Shown here: in pieces, positions 7,884 through 16,836 of the stretch
Layout: the number at the start of each line of letters is the position of its first letter
Numbering within the stretch: position 1 is the first letter of the stretch
DNA from: a virus
Lineage: Duplodnaviria; Caudoviricetes
DNA length: 37,414 bases
Strand: one strand, 5' to 3'
Virus record (IMG/VR): IMGVR_UViG_3300037420_001267
Span: 1 to 37,414 of that record
Program-made: the position numbers and the translations under genes
Notes under the pieces: model-generated
What the model saw: the letters and a program-made list of their open reading frames with translations, nothing else
Told to the model about the DNA's origin: nothing
Database searches by the model: none

Positions 7884-7989
7884 CAAAATCACCTTCGAAT
7901 GTTATTTGCTTTACTCGGGTCCCGCATTGGCATCTGTAAAAATCCCTGCCCCGATATTCCATATCACGCCCGCATTCCGGGCATATCAT
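7843..7989 (-). CDS. Small zinc-ribbon protein
   Basis: MICPECG..YRCQCG; ATGA overlap with the upstream gene. Confidence 0.55.
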   Translation of the reverse strand: MICPECGRDMEYRGRDFYRCQCGTRVKQITFEGDFDGQLDEETEKSTG

Positions 7990-8249
7990 TTTTTCTTCCG
8001 GTCCTGTTTCCATTTGTGTTTTTTCGTCCCCTTCAGTCCGCCTGGGCGCGGTCCAATCCATTCCTCCAGCTCACAATGGATAATCAAAAGCGATACCTCA
8101 TAGATAGCGATCCCGAAATATTCGGCAATTCGGCTGATTGGTTCCCCATCGTTCCACATGGCGATGAATTTTCGTATCTGCCCGTGTGAATAGTCAAACC
8201 GGGCTTCCGGCAGGAGAATAACCCTGCCGCTTAATTTGTTCAAGCCCAT
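7986..8249 (-). CDS. Small HTH protein
   Basis: FIAMWNDGEPISRIAEYFG..EV.LL..IGPRPGGL; AAGGAG RBS before ATG 8249. Confidence 0.75.
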   Translation of the reverse strand: MGLNKLSGRVILLPEARFDYSHGQIRKFIAMWNDGEPISRIAEYFGIAIYEVSLLIIHCELEEWIGPRPGGLKGTKKHKWKQDRKKK

Positions 8250-8262
8250 GCTCGACCGCTCC

Positions 8263-9072
8263 TTAAAACAGCAAATTTTGCAATCTCTTATCCTTGGTTT
8301 CTTTGAAAATGACATAAGTTGCCTGTTTGAGAAGCCGGGAAACGAGCTTGCTGTCATACATCCCAAAAAGGGTTTCGCTTTTTAGATTGGTGGTCGTAAT
8401 GGTTGCCTTATCCTGCCTGGCATTAGCCACGGCATACAATACACGATGGACGAAGTTCGATGCGCCCTTGTCTGAGTCGATGGCCCCTGTTTCCGCTCCA
8501 AGGTCATCCAGCACCAAAAATTCCGCCTCGCTCATGAGTTTCACGAAGTATTCTTCCGTGTATTTGCTGTCCTTATCTTTAAAGGACGCGCGGATTTTTC
8601 GCAGCATGGCATCAACGTCTATAAACAGACAGGTGCGGTCCGGCACCTTCATTTCGTTCAGCTCGTATAAGACGGAATAGGCCAAATGGCTTTTCCCTGC
8701 GCCTGGGTTTCCTTGCAGAAGCATATTAAAGATTTCACCGGCCTTTAACCGTTTTAAAGCCGCCTCGACCTTATGCTTATTTTCGATTTCTTCCGGCTCA
8801 CGGGCTGAATAGTTGTGCAGGCGGGCATTGAGCAGAGTGGCATCTTGCAGAATGCTCTCGTAAAACAGGATGTTATAGTCCTTTCGCTGCAAGGCCTCTT
8901 TGTGGAATGCTTTCATTTCGTCCTCTAAAGCCCTGTCCTGTTCCTCCAGCTTGCACCTGGGGCACACCACTTCGCCGTTAATGACCATCTTCTGCATGTT
9001 ATGAATCTCGCAAACGTCAGAATGGAAGTTCATAGCCGCTCGGAACTTTTCGGGAAGTTTCAGCTTTTCCAT
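8263..9072 (-). CDS. DnaC/IstB-like AAA+ helicase loader
   Basis: CEIH..CPRC Zn site, GNPGAGKSHLA, LVLDDLGAE, TTNL, SRL. Confidence 0.92.
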   Translation of the reverse strand: MEKLKLPEKFRAAMNFHSDVCEIHNMQKMVINGEVVCPRCKLEEQDRALEDEMKAFHKEALQRKDYNILFYESILQDATLLNARLHNYSAREPEEIENKHKVEAALKRLKAGEIFNMLLQGNPGAGKSHLAYSVLYELNEMKVPDRTCLFIDVDAMLRKIRASFKDKDSKYTEEYFVKLMSEAEFLVLDDLGAETGAIDSDKGASNFVHRVLYAVANARQDKATITTTNLKSETLFGMYDSKLVSRLLKQATYVIFKETKDKRLQNLLF

Positions 9073-9928
9073 GTGTTTTCCCCCTGTCGTGTTCTTCCTG
9101 CCAGCGTTTGACTACCCATGACAGGATAGCCCGATAGTCAGAATTATATTTTTTTCCACTTGCACCTTTATAGTTATCTAGCATTTCAATCATTTCGTCC
9201 GTTTGCTGCTGGCCATATTTTTCGATCAGGCTTGCATGTTCATTTTCACTTAGGGAAACAAACTCCCCATAGGGGGTTTTATTCTTTGTTGTAATCTTTG
9301 TTGTAGTCTTTGTAGTATTCTTTGTATTTGTACTACCCTGGGGGGAAGGACCGTCCTTCCCTGGAGGTAATGACCCTCCTTCCCTGGGGGGAATGACGGT
9401 ACTTCCCTGGGGGGAAGGAGGGTACTTCCCTGGAGGTAATGACCCCCCCTCATCATTAGGCGTATCAAGGGTTTCAGCTTCATTCGGAGCTTCTTCAAAC
9501 AGATGCGGATACGTCAATTTGCGGAGATTTTCCGCATTTAACAGCAAAAACATCATGTTTGGCTTCTTTTCTCCGTTAATCACCATTGTCAGGAAATCTC
9601 GTTTGACAAGCCCCTTTTCTTCCAGCCGTTCTAAGGCTTCCCTGATTTGTTTGACCGAAACACCGAACATGGCCGTTAAGTCTTTGTAGCTCTTTTGCAA
9701 AGCATGATGCCGGAATTTCTTTTTCACTTGAAGCACTACGCCGCTTTGTTCGTCCCGCACATAGGTCGGCCGATACCAATACACCACTTCGGACAAAATC
9801 AGCATAGAAAGAAAATCCGGCTGCCCGTTTTGAAATTTGAATTGCGAATACCAAGAGTGAGGGATGATATTTCCCTCCAAATTCATTGTTCCAACTAAAT
9901 CTACCGCTTCGTTCCCTGTTGAATACAC
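9017..9928 (-). CDS. Replication initiator (wHTH)
   Basis: GNIIPHSWY..ILSEVVYWYRP..LQKSY..L..LEEKGLV; internal iterons; directly upstream of the DnaC-like gene. Confidence 0.85.
   Translation of the reverse strand: MYSTGNEAVDLVGTMNLEGNIIPHSWYSQFKFQNGQPDFLSMLILSEVVYWYRPTYVRDEQSGVVLQVKKKFRHHALQKSYKDLTAMFGVSVKQIREALERLEEKGLVKRDFLTMVINGEKKPNMMFLLLNAENLRKLTYPHLFEEAPNEAETLDTPNDEGGSLPPGKYPPSPQGSTVIPPREGGSLPPGKDGPSPQGSTNTKNTTKTTTKITTKNKTPYGEFVSLSENEHASLIEKYGQQQTDEMIEMLDNYKGASGKKYNSDYRAILSWVVKRWQEEHDRGKTHGKAETSRKVPSGYELPF
9281..9450. repeat. Probable replication origin: five 23-bp-period iterons plus an AT-rich tract
   Basis: CCCTGG(A/G)GG at 9336, 9359, 9382, 9405 and 9428; TTTGT/TTGTA-rich repeats at 9281-9333. 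Confidence 0.8.
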
Positions 9929-9948
9929 CCTAATAACCCCCTGTTGAC

Positions 9949-10194
9949 TTAAACGTCTATTTCTCCGTCGACAAACTCAAACAAATCATCAAATTCCAAA
10001 TGAAGGACATTCAGGACCTTCTCGACGCCCTGCGGACGCATCCCGTTTTTCCCCATTTCCACCTTGCCGTATCCCGCCGTTGAATAGTCGATCATGTTGG
10101 CAAAATGCTCCAATGTATACCCGCGAGACACCCGTTCCACCCGCAGCCTTCTTTTAGCCATTACTTTCACTCTTATCGGTCTTGTTTTTACCAT
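9949..10194 (-). CDS. XRE/Cro-like HTH regulator
   Basis: RVSRGYTLEHFANMIDYSTAGYGKVEMG..FDDLF; start placed downstream of the promoter. Confidence 0.82.
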   Translation of the reverse strand: MVKTRPIRVKVMAKRRLRVERVSRGYTLEHFANMIDYSTAGYGKVEMGKNGMRPQGVEKVLNVLHLEFDDLFEFVDGEIDV

Positions 10195-10231
10195 TCCAAA
10201 TCCCTGCCTTTTTTTGTCGAATATGCAGATT

Positions 10232-10260
10232 ATTATACATTCTTGTCGAAATAGACACAA
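10232..10260 (-). promoter_or_regulatory. SigA-type promoter of the replication operon
   Basis: TTGTGT-17 bp-TATAAT. Confidence 0.65.
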
Positions 10261-10368
10261 ACCCAAAATAAGAATGGGCAAAATATACCATGTTTATGTA
10301 AAAAGCGTACTAGGTTTCTAATGCGGCCGTAGTAGAAACTAATACTAAAGTATTATGTAAGTGTTTGC

Positions 10369-10396
10369 ATTATAGCAGAACGCTTGTACTTGTCTA
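10369..10396 (-). promoter_or_regulatory. Second SigA-type promoter
   Basis: TAGACA-16 bp-TATAAT with a TGn extension. Confidence 0.6.
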
Positions 10397-10487
10397 TGTC
10401 AAATCCTGTCGAAAAATAAAATATTTTTTTAGAAAATTCACAATTTGTCATTAATTGTCTGTTATAATAATATATTTGTCGTTTTAT

Positions 10488-10523
10488 ATAAAAAAAGACC
10501 ACCTTTAAAAAGGCGGCCTTTTC
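10488..10523 (-). terminator. Intrinsic terminator after the HNH gene
   Basis: GGCCGCCT..AGGTGGTC followed by T7 on the - strand. Confidence 0.7.
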
Positions 10524-10855
10524 GGTATTCTGTATTTCAGGTTCCCTTCTTCATCCAGGTTCAATTCCACCCAGACGGCAAACCATTCTCTTATTTCTTT
10601 TCGTTCGTGGGCCAGATCATGACAGTTCCGGCAGATGGAGACGCCGTTCCGTTTGCTGCCGTCTCCAAGCTGGCTTCTATATACGACGTGATGCGGGATG
10701 CTCTCCAGCATGTCAGAACGGCCGCAACGGACGCACTCCCAGCCGTCCCGGTCAAATATATCCTGAATCGTCTTTTGCGTAAAATTGGTCCTATCCTTGC
10801 GTTTTGGGACCCGTCGATTGTAGTTCGGCTTCGGGACCGGATTGAATGGCAGCAT
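10505..10855 (-). CDS. HNH endonuclease
   Basis: RDGWECVRCG..HHVVYRSQLG..N..CRNCH. Confidence 0.88.
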   Translation of the reverse strand: MLPFNPVPKPNYNRRVPKRKDRTNFTQKTIQDIFDRDGWECVRCGRSDMLESIPHHVVYRSQLGDGSKRNGVSICRNCHDLAHERKEIREWFAVWVELNLDEEGNLKYRIPKRPPF

Positions 10856-11057
10856 ATTTCTTCCTCGCTTTATCGTAAAGTTCATGCCGCTTGTTCTTTC
10901 CTACTTCTTCGTCCAGCACTTGTATAAGGCAATCATAGCGCACATCCATGCGTTTTGCTTCTTCTTTCCATTTCTTCGCCTTTTCCCATTTCCGCTTGTA
11001 GTCATTCCTGCTTTGTTTCAATTCCTTGATTTCTTTTTCCAGCTTCGCATCATTCAT
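10791..11057 (-). CDS. Coiled-coil hypothetical protein
   Basis: ATGA overlap; GGAGGG RBS. Confidence 0.65.
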   Translation of the reverse strand: MNDAKLEKEIKELKQSRNDYKRKWEKAKKWKEEAKRMDVRYDCLIQVLDEEVGKNKRHELYDKARKKYAAIQSGPEAELQSTGPKTQG

Positions 11058-11677
11058 CGCTTTTCCCTCCTGTCCGCCAGCGCCTTTGCCGCCTCTCTTG
11101 CATAGACGGGATTGGTATAAATCTCCTTGGTAGACGTGCCGTGCGTTTTGGCATGGCGGCTGAAATTCGAAAAGTTCTGCCAGGTCTTGCAGATAGGGCA
11201 ATAGAGTTCATCGTTTAGTTTGTAATCCTTCACTGTGAAGCGGTTGTTCTTCATTTTTACTTCACTTTGAAGAAAGTTTGCATCATTTTTTACTTCACTT
11301 TGAAGAAACTTTACTTCATTTTGAAGAACTTTTACTTCACGTTGAAGAAGTTTTGCATCATTCTGATGCAAGTTTACTTCATTTCTTGCTTCACTTTGAA
11401 GAAGTTTTGCATCATCTTGAAGTAAGGATACTTCATTTCTTACTTCACTTTGATGCAAGTTTACTTCATTTTTTACTTCATTTTGAAGAACTCTTGGACG
11501 AATCCGCTTCATTTCGTTCTCGATTAAGATATAGAGAGCTTCATTCAACGATAGCCCCAGGGCATCGCAATACACCTTAAACTCCTGGTGCAAGTCTTTT
11601 GGTATCCTTGCTGTTATCCCTATGGCGCCTTTTCCGGTTCGCTTCTTCTTTTTCTTGTATTGGTCCAACACCGACAA
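11054..11677 (-). CDS. RHH protein with a repeat spacer and a C2H2-like Zn finger
   Basis: ITARIPKDLHQEFKVYC..SLNEAL; (N/S)EVK.LQ repeats; CPIC..HAKTH. Confidence 0.75.
   Translation of the reverse strand: MSVLDQYKKKKKRTGKGAIGITARIPKDLHQEFKVYCDALGLSLNEALYILIENEMKRIRPRVLQNEVKNEVNLHQSEVRNEVSLLQDDAKLLQSEARNEVNLHQNDAKLLQREVKVLQNEVKFLQSEVKNDANFLQSEVKMKNNRFTVKDYKLNDELYCPICKTWQNFSNFSRHAKTHGTSTKEIYTNPVYAREAAKALADRREKR
11256..11490. repeat. In-frame tandem repeats of 21-nt and 12-nt units
   Basis: Recurrent ACTTCA(C/T)TTTGAAGAA and TTTTGCATCA. Confidence 0.85.
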
Positions 11678-11689
11678 AATCCTTACCTC

Positions 11690-11911
11690 CTATTCATACT
11701 GATCGAGCAGTTCTCCTAATTCTTCCACTTCGCCCTTATACCGGTCCACCAGCTTCTGTAACTCTTTATTCTTGTCGCTCTCCGCCAAGCAGCGTTTCAT
11801 CCAGCGCCCGGCATTGTCCTCCAGCCACGCTGTTTTATCCTTTTCTTCGGCCAGTTCCTTCTTTAGCTTTTCCACTTGTTTTTTCCAAAACTCAAGTTCC
11901 GACACCGCCAT
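11690..11911 (-). CDS. Coiled-coil hypothetical protein
   Basis: 73-aa ORF in operon context. Confidence 0.65.
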   Translation of the reverse strand: MAVSELEFWKKQVEKLKKELAEEKDKTAWLEDNAGRWMKRCLAESDKNKELQKLVDRYKGEVEELGELLDQYE

Positions 11912-12083
11912 ACCACTTTTCCCTCATTTCCCTTATTTTTTTTGTTTGCTCCAATGTCTCCAGCATAGTATCCAAGTTGTCAATTTCATCACAGATGCCG
12001 TTTAAGGTGTTTACGTAATCCATCATGCCTTTTGCTTTACATTCGTCTGACAGACGGGCAAGCGCCTCGTAAATGGATTTCAT
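11892..12083 (-). CDS. Hypothetical protein
   Basis: AAGGGG RBS before ATG 12083. Confidence 0.65.
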   Translation of the reverse strand: MKSIYEALARLSDECKAKGMMDYVNTLNGICDEIDNLDTMLETLEQTKKIREMREKWYGGVGT

Positions 12084-12268
12084 TTGGACCAACCCCTTTT
12101 CAATTGCGGCTTGTTTAGCTATACTAGAAAGTGAATTCAACACATTCAGCTGTGCAAGCTGGCGGAAACCACTTGTATAGCATAAATTCCATGCTGCTGT
12201 GTGTTCCTTGAGAACGTCCAGATGAAAGAAGTACCTAATGGCGAGGGTACTTTTTTCATTTTTAATGT

Positions 12269-12844
12269 CTATCTCGCATGAACCGGTGTTTTCGTGTACT
12301 CATACATCGCCAGCTCAAACAGGTCCTTGCAGCCGCTTCCCGCCTGTTCATAGGCATCGCCTATCCCATGCCAGCGCATGTATTCCCCTTCCCAATAGGC
12401 GGCTTTTTCCTCCAGGCGTCCGCCAACCCTCCGCGCAATCTCCTTGGCATCCGTCGCATTATTCATGCGCTTGTCATACTGGCCCAGGCGCACCCGCTCA
12501 TATTGATTCGATTTCCCCTGTTCGGCCACGGCGAGATAAAACTTCTGCAGATCGCGGCATTTTCCGGCTACATTATAGGCTTCCTTTCGGGCCATACTAT
12601 ACCATATGCGGATTTTCGCAAGCATCCCCGGTCCCAGGAGAATCGCGTCCATTTCCGGGTCGTTGAAGCCCGTTTCGTCAATTAAGGTCAAATAATGGTT
12701 ATGCTGCCCGATAAAGTACTCCATTTCCGGCATTAGCTGGGTCTGATACTGCTTCACGCGCTCCCCCAGCAAATCCAGCTTATTGACTTCTTCCGCCGCC
12801 TTGTCGGTTTCGTTCAGTTCCGCTTGTTCTGTTACCCGCTCCAC
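12269..12844 (-). CDS. Helical hypothetical protein
   Basis: AAGGAGAGGG RBS; GTG start. Confidence 0.8.
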   Translation of the reverse strand: MERVTEQAELNETDKAAEEVNKLDLLGERVKQYQTQLMPEMEYFIGQHNHYLTLIDETGFNDPEMDAILLGPGMLAKIRIWYSMARKEAYNVAGKCRDLQKFYLAVAEQGKSNQYERVRLGQYDKRMNNATDAKEIARRVGGRLEEKAAYWEGEYMRWHGIGDAYEQAGSGCKDLFELAMYEYTKTPVHAR

Positions 12845-12883
12845 CGTTCCCTCTCCTTTATACGAAAAGGGGCGCTAGGCCCC

Positions 12884-13099
12884 TTATGCTAATTCTTGTA
12901 AGTTGTATCGTTCGGCCGTTTGTTTAGGCAATAATAATGTGTTATCGTCTAAGTCGTTTTTTTGGATTTCCAGCGCTTCACTCAGAGAATACAATCCAGC
13001 TTCGGCCAAATTGCTTGTATACCCTCGTTTGTGGGCTTTCCAATAAAAAACCGAACCGCCGCTCTTGTTCGATCTCTCCAAATCAATCAAGTAAAACAT
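12884..13099 (-). CDS. Hypothetical phage protein
   Basis: AGGAGG RBS; YWK...GYT..L.EAGLYS..EA motif. Confidence 0.75.
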   Translation of the reverse strand: MFYLIDLERSNKSGGSVFYWKAHKRGYTSNLAEAGLYSLSEALEIQKNDLDDNTLLLPKQTAERYNLQELA

Positions 13100-13109
13100 G
13101 GCTCCCCTC

Positions 13110-13547
13110 CTAGAAAGGCAGATCATCGTCATTAATGTTAGGCGCTCCGTATTGCCCTGCTCCTGCGTTTGACGGCTGTTTGGAATAGTTAGCTGGCGGC
13201 GCGGTGTTTCCGCTTGAATTTGCGCTGCTTTTAGGCTCCAAAAACTGTACGTTCTCGGCCACTACTTCCGTCACATAGACTTTCTTTCCATCCTGCCCGT
13301 CATAGTTCCGGGTCTGAATCCTTCCGACCACTCCGGCAAGGGACCCTTTTTTCAAGAAATTCGCGACGTTTTCTGCCTGCTTTTTCCACACCACAATATT
13401 GATAAAATCGGTTTCCTTTTCCCCTTGGGGGTTGCTGAAGCTGCGCTGTACAGCGAGGGTGAAGGTAGCGACGGCTACACTTGATGGTGTATAGCGTAAA
13501 TCAGGGTCTTTCGTTAAGCGGCCAACAAGTGTCACGTTGTTTATCAT
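13110..13547 (-). CDS. ssb: Single-stranded DNA-binding protein
   Basis: [20 protein letters not shown] ... DDDLPF tail. Confidence 0.97.
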   Translation of the reverse strand: MINNVTLVGRLTKDPDLRYTPSSVAVATFTLAVQRSFSNPQGEKETDFINIVVWKKQAENVANFLKKGSLAGVVGRIQTRNYDGQDGKKVYVTEVVAENVQFLEPKSSANSSGNTAPPANYSKQPSNAGAGQYGAPNINDDDLPF

Positions 13548-13574
13548 GTTTCTTCTCTCCTTTGAAAAAAAGCT

Positions 13575-14558
13575 CTATTTTTTCTTTTTCCAGGTGAATA
13601 AATCTTCTTTTTCGATGACATCCGGGTAATTGCGTTCAATCTCTTTGATTTGGTTCATAATTACCTCTTGCATTTCCGCAAGGGTTTGAGCCGCTTTTTT
13701 GGCTTCGATTTTGTTCTTCGGCAGCATCCCTCTTATGTTTTTCTTGGCATATCCCATCGAGATCAACTTGCCTTGGAACGTTTTTTCGTTCACGTCAAAT
13801 TCGGCGCGGACCATGATTTCTTCCAATGAAAGCTCCGGCTGCATAAAGAACTCTTTCAGGTCCGATTCTTTCGCTTTCTGCAAATACTCCCGTTTTTTTA
13901 GCGCTTCTTTGTGGATTTTCTTGGTTTCCAATTTCGCAAGGAAACTGCGGCGGATTAAATCCTCACCCAATTTTTCCACAAGGTCCGGGAACAGTTTTTT
14001 GATATCTCGTACCCAAAGAAAAATGTAATGAAGGTTGTAAATGGAATAGGTCTTGTTCCGAAGTCCTGCTTCCACTTCTTCCGTCGGGAAGAAATCCAGC
14101 ACTTGGCAATACTGTTCGACCGCGCGTTTGGCCAATCGAATGTCCGTGGCGAACTTGTGGAAGCTCGGTTTGCCCCATGCAATCCAGCGCTCATAGACAT
14201 ACTTGGCCCACTCATAGGTATCCCAATCCACTTGGTGCGCCTGGGCATCGGCGATGCGCTGTATCTCTTCTTGGATGCTTTTTGGTGCCGGTACGACATA
14301 AACAGGAATCTGCTTCATCCCGGCTTTACGGGCGGCGAACAATCTTCTATGGCCCGAGAGGACCACGAAAATAGACCCTTTTTTATAGGCCGTGATCGGA
14401 ATTTCCCATCCTCGGTTTTTTATCACCTGACCCAGGTCCTCTGATTTCACAGCATCGTTTTTCCTCGGGTTAAGCGGGTTTGGCGCGATATCTGAAATAT
14501 CCACCCATTCTAAATATGAACGCTGGTTGTCTAGTTTTACGATTCCTTCTCTTGTCAT
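13575..14558 (-). CDS. ParB/Srx N-terminal domain protein
   Basis: IAPNPLNPRK..PI..SGHRRLFAA..IPV. Confidence 0.8.
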   Translation of the reverse strand: MTREGIVKLDNQRSYLEWVDISDIAPNPLNPRKNDAVKSEDLGQVIKNRGWEIPITAYKKGSIFVVLSGHRRLFAARKAGMKQIPVYVVPAPKSIQEEIQRIADAQAHQVDWDTYEWAKYVYERWIAWGKPSFHKFATDIRLAKRAVEQYCQVLDFFPTEEVEAGLRNKTYSIYNLHYIFLWVRDIKKLFPDLVEKLGEDLIRRSFLAKLETKKIHKEALKKREYLQKAKESDLKEFFMQPELSLEEIMVRAEFDVNEKTFQGKLISMGYAKKNIRGMLPKNKIEAKKAAQTLAEMQEVIMNQIKEIERNYPDVIEKEDLFTWKKKK

Positions 14559-14614
14559 TGGTACCTCTCCTAGTCGTTAATGGGAAGGGGAAAACTCCCC
14601 CTCCTTTTATGTGT

Positions 14615-15226
14615 TTAGCTTGCTGCTTCCGATTGTTGTTTTTTCTTAATCAGCGCCTCGTCAAGCGCTTTTGAAATATAGCTGTTGTCTCTGCCCTGGT
14701 CCACCAATTTTTGGCGGTAGGCTTCGAATCCTTCCCTTGACCCCATGACCAGCTGATACTTAGCGGCAAGCGCGGCATTGCTGGGTTGCTGCGGCTGGGA
14801 CGGCGCATATTGGTTCGGGTGTTCTGTCAAATCCTCGGCGTCCGAATCCTCCTCGGCTGCTATTCCGCATACGGCCTGAAGCTGATAGCGTTTCGCATAA
14901 GAGGCCGCACTTCCAAATCCTTGTGCATCGGCCGGTTTTCCGCCTCTTGCCGCCGGTATTTTAAGGGGAGACGATTCCAAAAACTCGCCGGATTCATGGT
15001 ACAGGGTCGTAATGACCACCACATGGTCCCCGTCGCTTGATATGTCTTGATGAAAGGATAACCCATGTTTTGCTAAGATCGGGCGCACCGTCTTGATTAC
15101 ATCCGGGAGCGGACAGTATTTGCTCTTGAAATGCGGGTTCGTTGCCGTCAATGCTGGGTTTTGGATTTCAGCTTGGTATTTAGCGAATGCTTTTGAAAAC
15201 TCGCTAAAGGTTTCAGAACGTTTCAT
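14615..15226 (-). CDS. erf: ERF-family single-strand annealing protein
   Basis: NPHFKSKY..HESGE..QGFGSAASYAKRYQL..GIAAEEDSD. Confidence 0.9.
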   Translation of the reverse strand: MKRSETFSEFSKAFAKYQAEIQNPALTATNPHFKSKYCPLPDVIKTVRPILAKHGLSFHQDISSDGDHVVVITTLYHESGEFLESSPLKIPAARGGKPADAQGFGSAASYAKRYQLQAVCGIAAEEDSDAEDLTEHPNQYAPSQPQQPSNAALAAKYQLVMGSREGFEAYRQKLVDQGRDNSYISKALDEALIKKKQQSEAAS

Positions 15227-16260
15227 ATGGCTACCTCCTTAGTTTTCGGTTTTTTTGGCTTGGCGATACTTAACTGCCTGTAACCATTTGTTTCCGACAC
15301 CACATCCAAAAATACATCCGGGTACTTTTCTTCCAGGCGTTTCAGGTCGGCCGTTTTCTTCCCGGCCCGATAGCCCCAAGTGACTTTATACCCCTGCCAC
15401 ATCGCGCCAAGGTCCTCCCCGATGGCATTTTTGATATTGTTCTCCACCAGCGTCAATTCTTTCTCCAGCTCTCCTATTTGCTCTTTTAGCTCCATCCTTC
15501 TTAACAGCCATTCCCCAAACTCATCATTTTCAAGCTCCTTGTAGCTCTCTGTCGGGTCCGGGTAAAGGCTTCCAATTAATTGTTTGCATGTGTCACTCCC
15601 ATTGATTTCAGGAGGGATGCGCATGTCAACCCTTTGGGAAAACAGCAATTCGGTTTGAATCAACTGCTCGATGTAAGCGTCATTTCTCTCTACATAGACG
15701 CTGTACAGTTTGTTCCCGCCGACAAGGCTTCCGAAATACGACCACCCAAGCCCCGTGACAGCCATGTAATGCTGGACCTGGGCGTAATATTTGGCCGGAA
15801 CTTTGCCGTTGCCTGTGCCGTTAGCAAGGATTTCTCCGTTTTGCCATTCGCCGTTCAGGTATTCACTGGCGGTCTTGATTTCAAGAATTCCGAATGAATC
15901 ACCCCTGCGGGCCAATCGGTCGATGTTCGCGAGCATGAAAGGATGTTCTTTTGATTGAAGGAGATAAGCAAACGGTTCAATCTCAATGCCCATCGCTTTC
16001 CCGTACCGCTCATGCCATTTATCCGCCACCACCGGCTCCAAGGTATGGCCCCAATACGCCGCTTCTCCTGCTTCGCTTGGTGTGATCTCTCCTATCTTTT
16101 CAAGGTAAAGGGTATATTCATCTTTGAATGAATTCAACCCCAGGAGAGTTCCAGCGTCACTTCCGCCAATGCCGACTTGCTTCTGTCTTTTTTGTTCCCA
16201 TTCTTCGTGCGTCACGTTGTTGAAATCCTCTAAGATGTTCGCGTATTCGAGGATAATCAA
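15223..16260 (-). CDS. YqaJ-like (lambda-type) exonuclease
   Basis: GIGGSDA..WGHTLE..ANIDR..LEIKT..YYAQVQHYM. Confidence 0.93.
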   Translation of the reverse strand: MIILEYANILEDFNNVTHEEWEQKRQKQVGIGGSDAGTLLGLNSFKDEYTLYLEKIGEITPSEAGEAAYWGHTLEPVVADKWHERYGKAMGIEIEPFAYLLQSKEHPFMLANIDRLARRGDSFGILEIKTASEYLNGEWQNGEILANGTGNGKVPAKYYAQVQHYMAVTGLGWSYFGSLVGGNKLYSVYVERNDAYIEQLIQTELLFSQRVDMRIPPEINGSDTCKQLIGSLYPDPTESYKELENDEFGEWLLRRMELKEQIGELEKELTLVENNIKNAIGEDLGAMWQGYKVTWGYRAGKKTADLKRLEEKYPDVFLDVVSETNGYRQLSIAKPKKPKTKEVAI

Positions 16261-16670
16261 GCGCCTTCCTCCATTTCTACGTTTACTAGTCTTTTAGCCA
16301 GGAGTTCCGCTTGTTTTTTTTGCAGGGCTTCATATTCCTGCTTGGCTTTTTCGGCTTTTTCTTTCATCAATTCAAGCTCATCTTCCTCGGTTGGCCGATA
16401 AGAGAGACGAATGCCTAATTGAGTTCCAGGAACAACATAACTTTTCTCAATGCGGTAGGATTCACGGTCCGTCTTTTCCAATTCGAAACCACCTTCCAGC
16501 AGAACAGCAGCCATTTGGTCCACTTCTTCTTTTGTGTGATTCCAAACGCCTTGTTTAGAATTGACAGTAATCCAGCCGTAATTCACATTGTTACTTTCGT
16601 TCAGGCTCCCAAGAAGCTCAGACGCCTTTGTTAAATGATTTAAAACTTCCTGCCCCACTTTCAATTCCAT
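16257..16670 (-). CDS. Hypothetical protein
   Basis: 137-aa ORF coupled to its neighbours. Confidence 0.75.
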   Translation of the reverse strand: MELKVGQEVLNHLTKASELLGSLNESNNVNYGWITVNSKQGVWNHTKEEVDQMAAVLLEGGFELEKTDRESYRIEKSYVVPGTQLGIRLSYRPTEEDELELMKEKAEKAKQEYEALQKKQAELLAKRLVNVEMEEGA

Positions 16671-16671
16671 C

Positions 16672-16836
16672 CTAAACCACTTCCTTTTCCTGATTTTGGT
16701 CCAAAAATTCCCGAATCAACTGTTCCACAATCACGGTCATGTTCACTCGATTCATGGCGCAATACACCTTTAAGTCTTGTTTGAGTTCAGAAGGTATGTC
16801 TACGGTGAGTTTCGTTTTGTTTTCCGGTGTCGCCAT
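16672..16836 (-). CDS. Ribbon-helix-helix (ParG/CopG-like) regulator, 54 aa
   Basis: Not in the ORF track. MATPENKTKLTVDIPSELKQDLKVYCAMNRVNMTVIVEQLIREFL; GGAGGT RBS. Confidence 0.85.
   Translation of the reverse strand: MATPENKTKLTVDIPSELKQDLKVYCAMNRVNMTVIVEQLIREFLDQNQEKEVV

Larger units (their letters stand above)
10215..10413. promoter_or_regulatory. Three perfect Spo0A-box matches (TGTCGAA)
   Basis: 10215-10221, 10244-10250 and 10407-10413, with several degenerate TGTC copies nearby. Confidence 0.6.

Noticed and set aside
9336-9450. CRISPR or DGR repeat
   Set aside because: Short phased units inside the initiator gene fit iterons; no cas or reverse transcriptase gene in the window.
11256-11490. 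CRISPR-like array
   Set aside because: No unique spacers; the repeats are in-frame coding units.
12084-12299. Possible -1 frameshift fusing 12269-12844 to 11892-12083 (frame open to 12299)
   Set aside because: No canonical slippery heptamer; the downstream gene has its own RBS and a terminator-like hairpin lies in between.
16721-16736. parS-like TGTTCCAC
   Set aside because: Only a half-site, and it lies inside the RHH gene.
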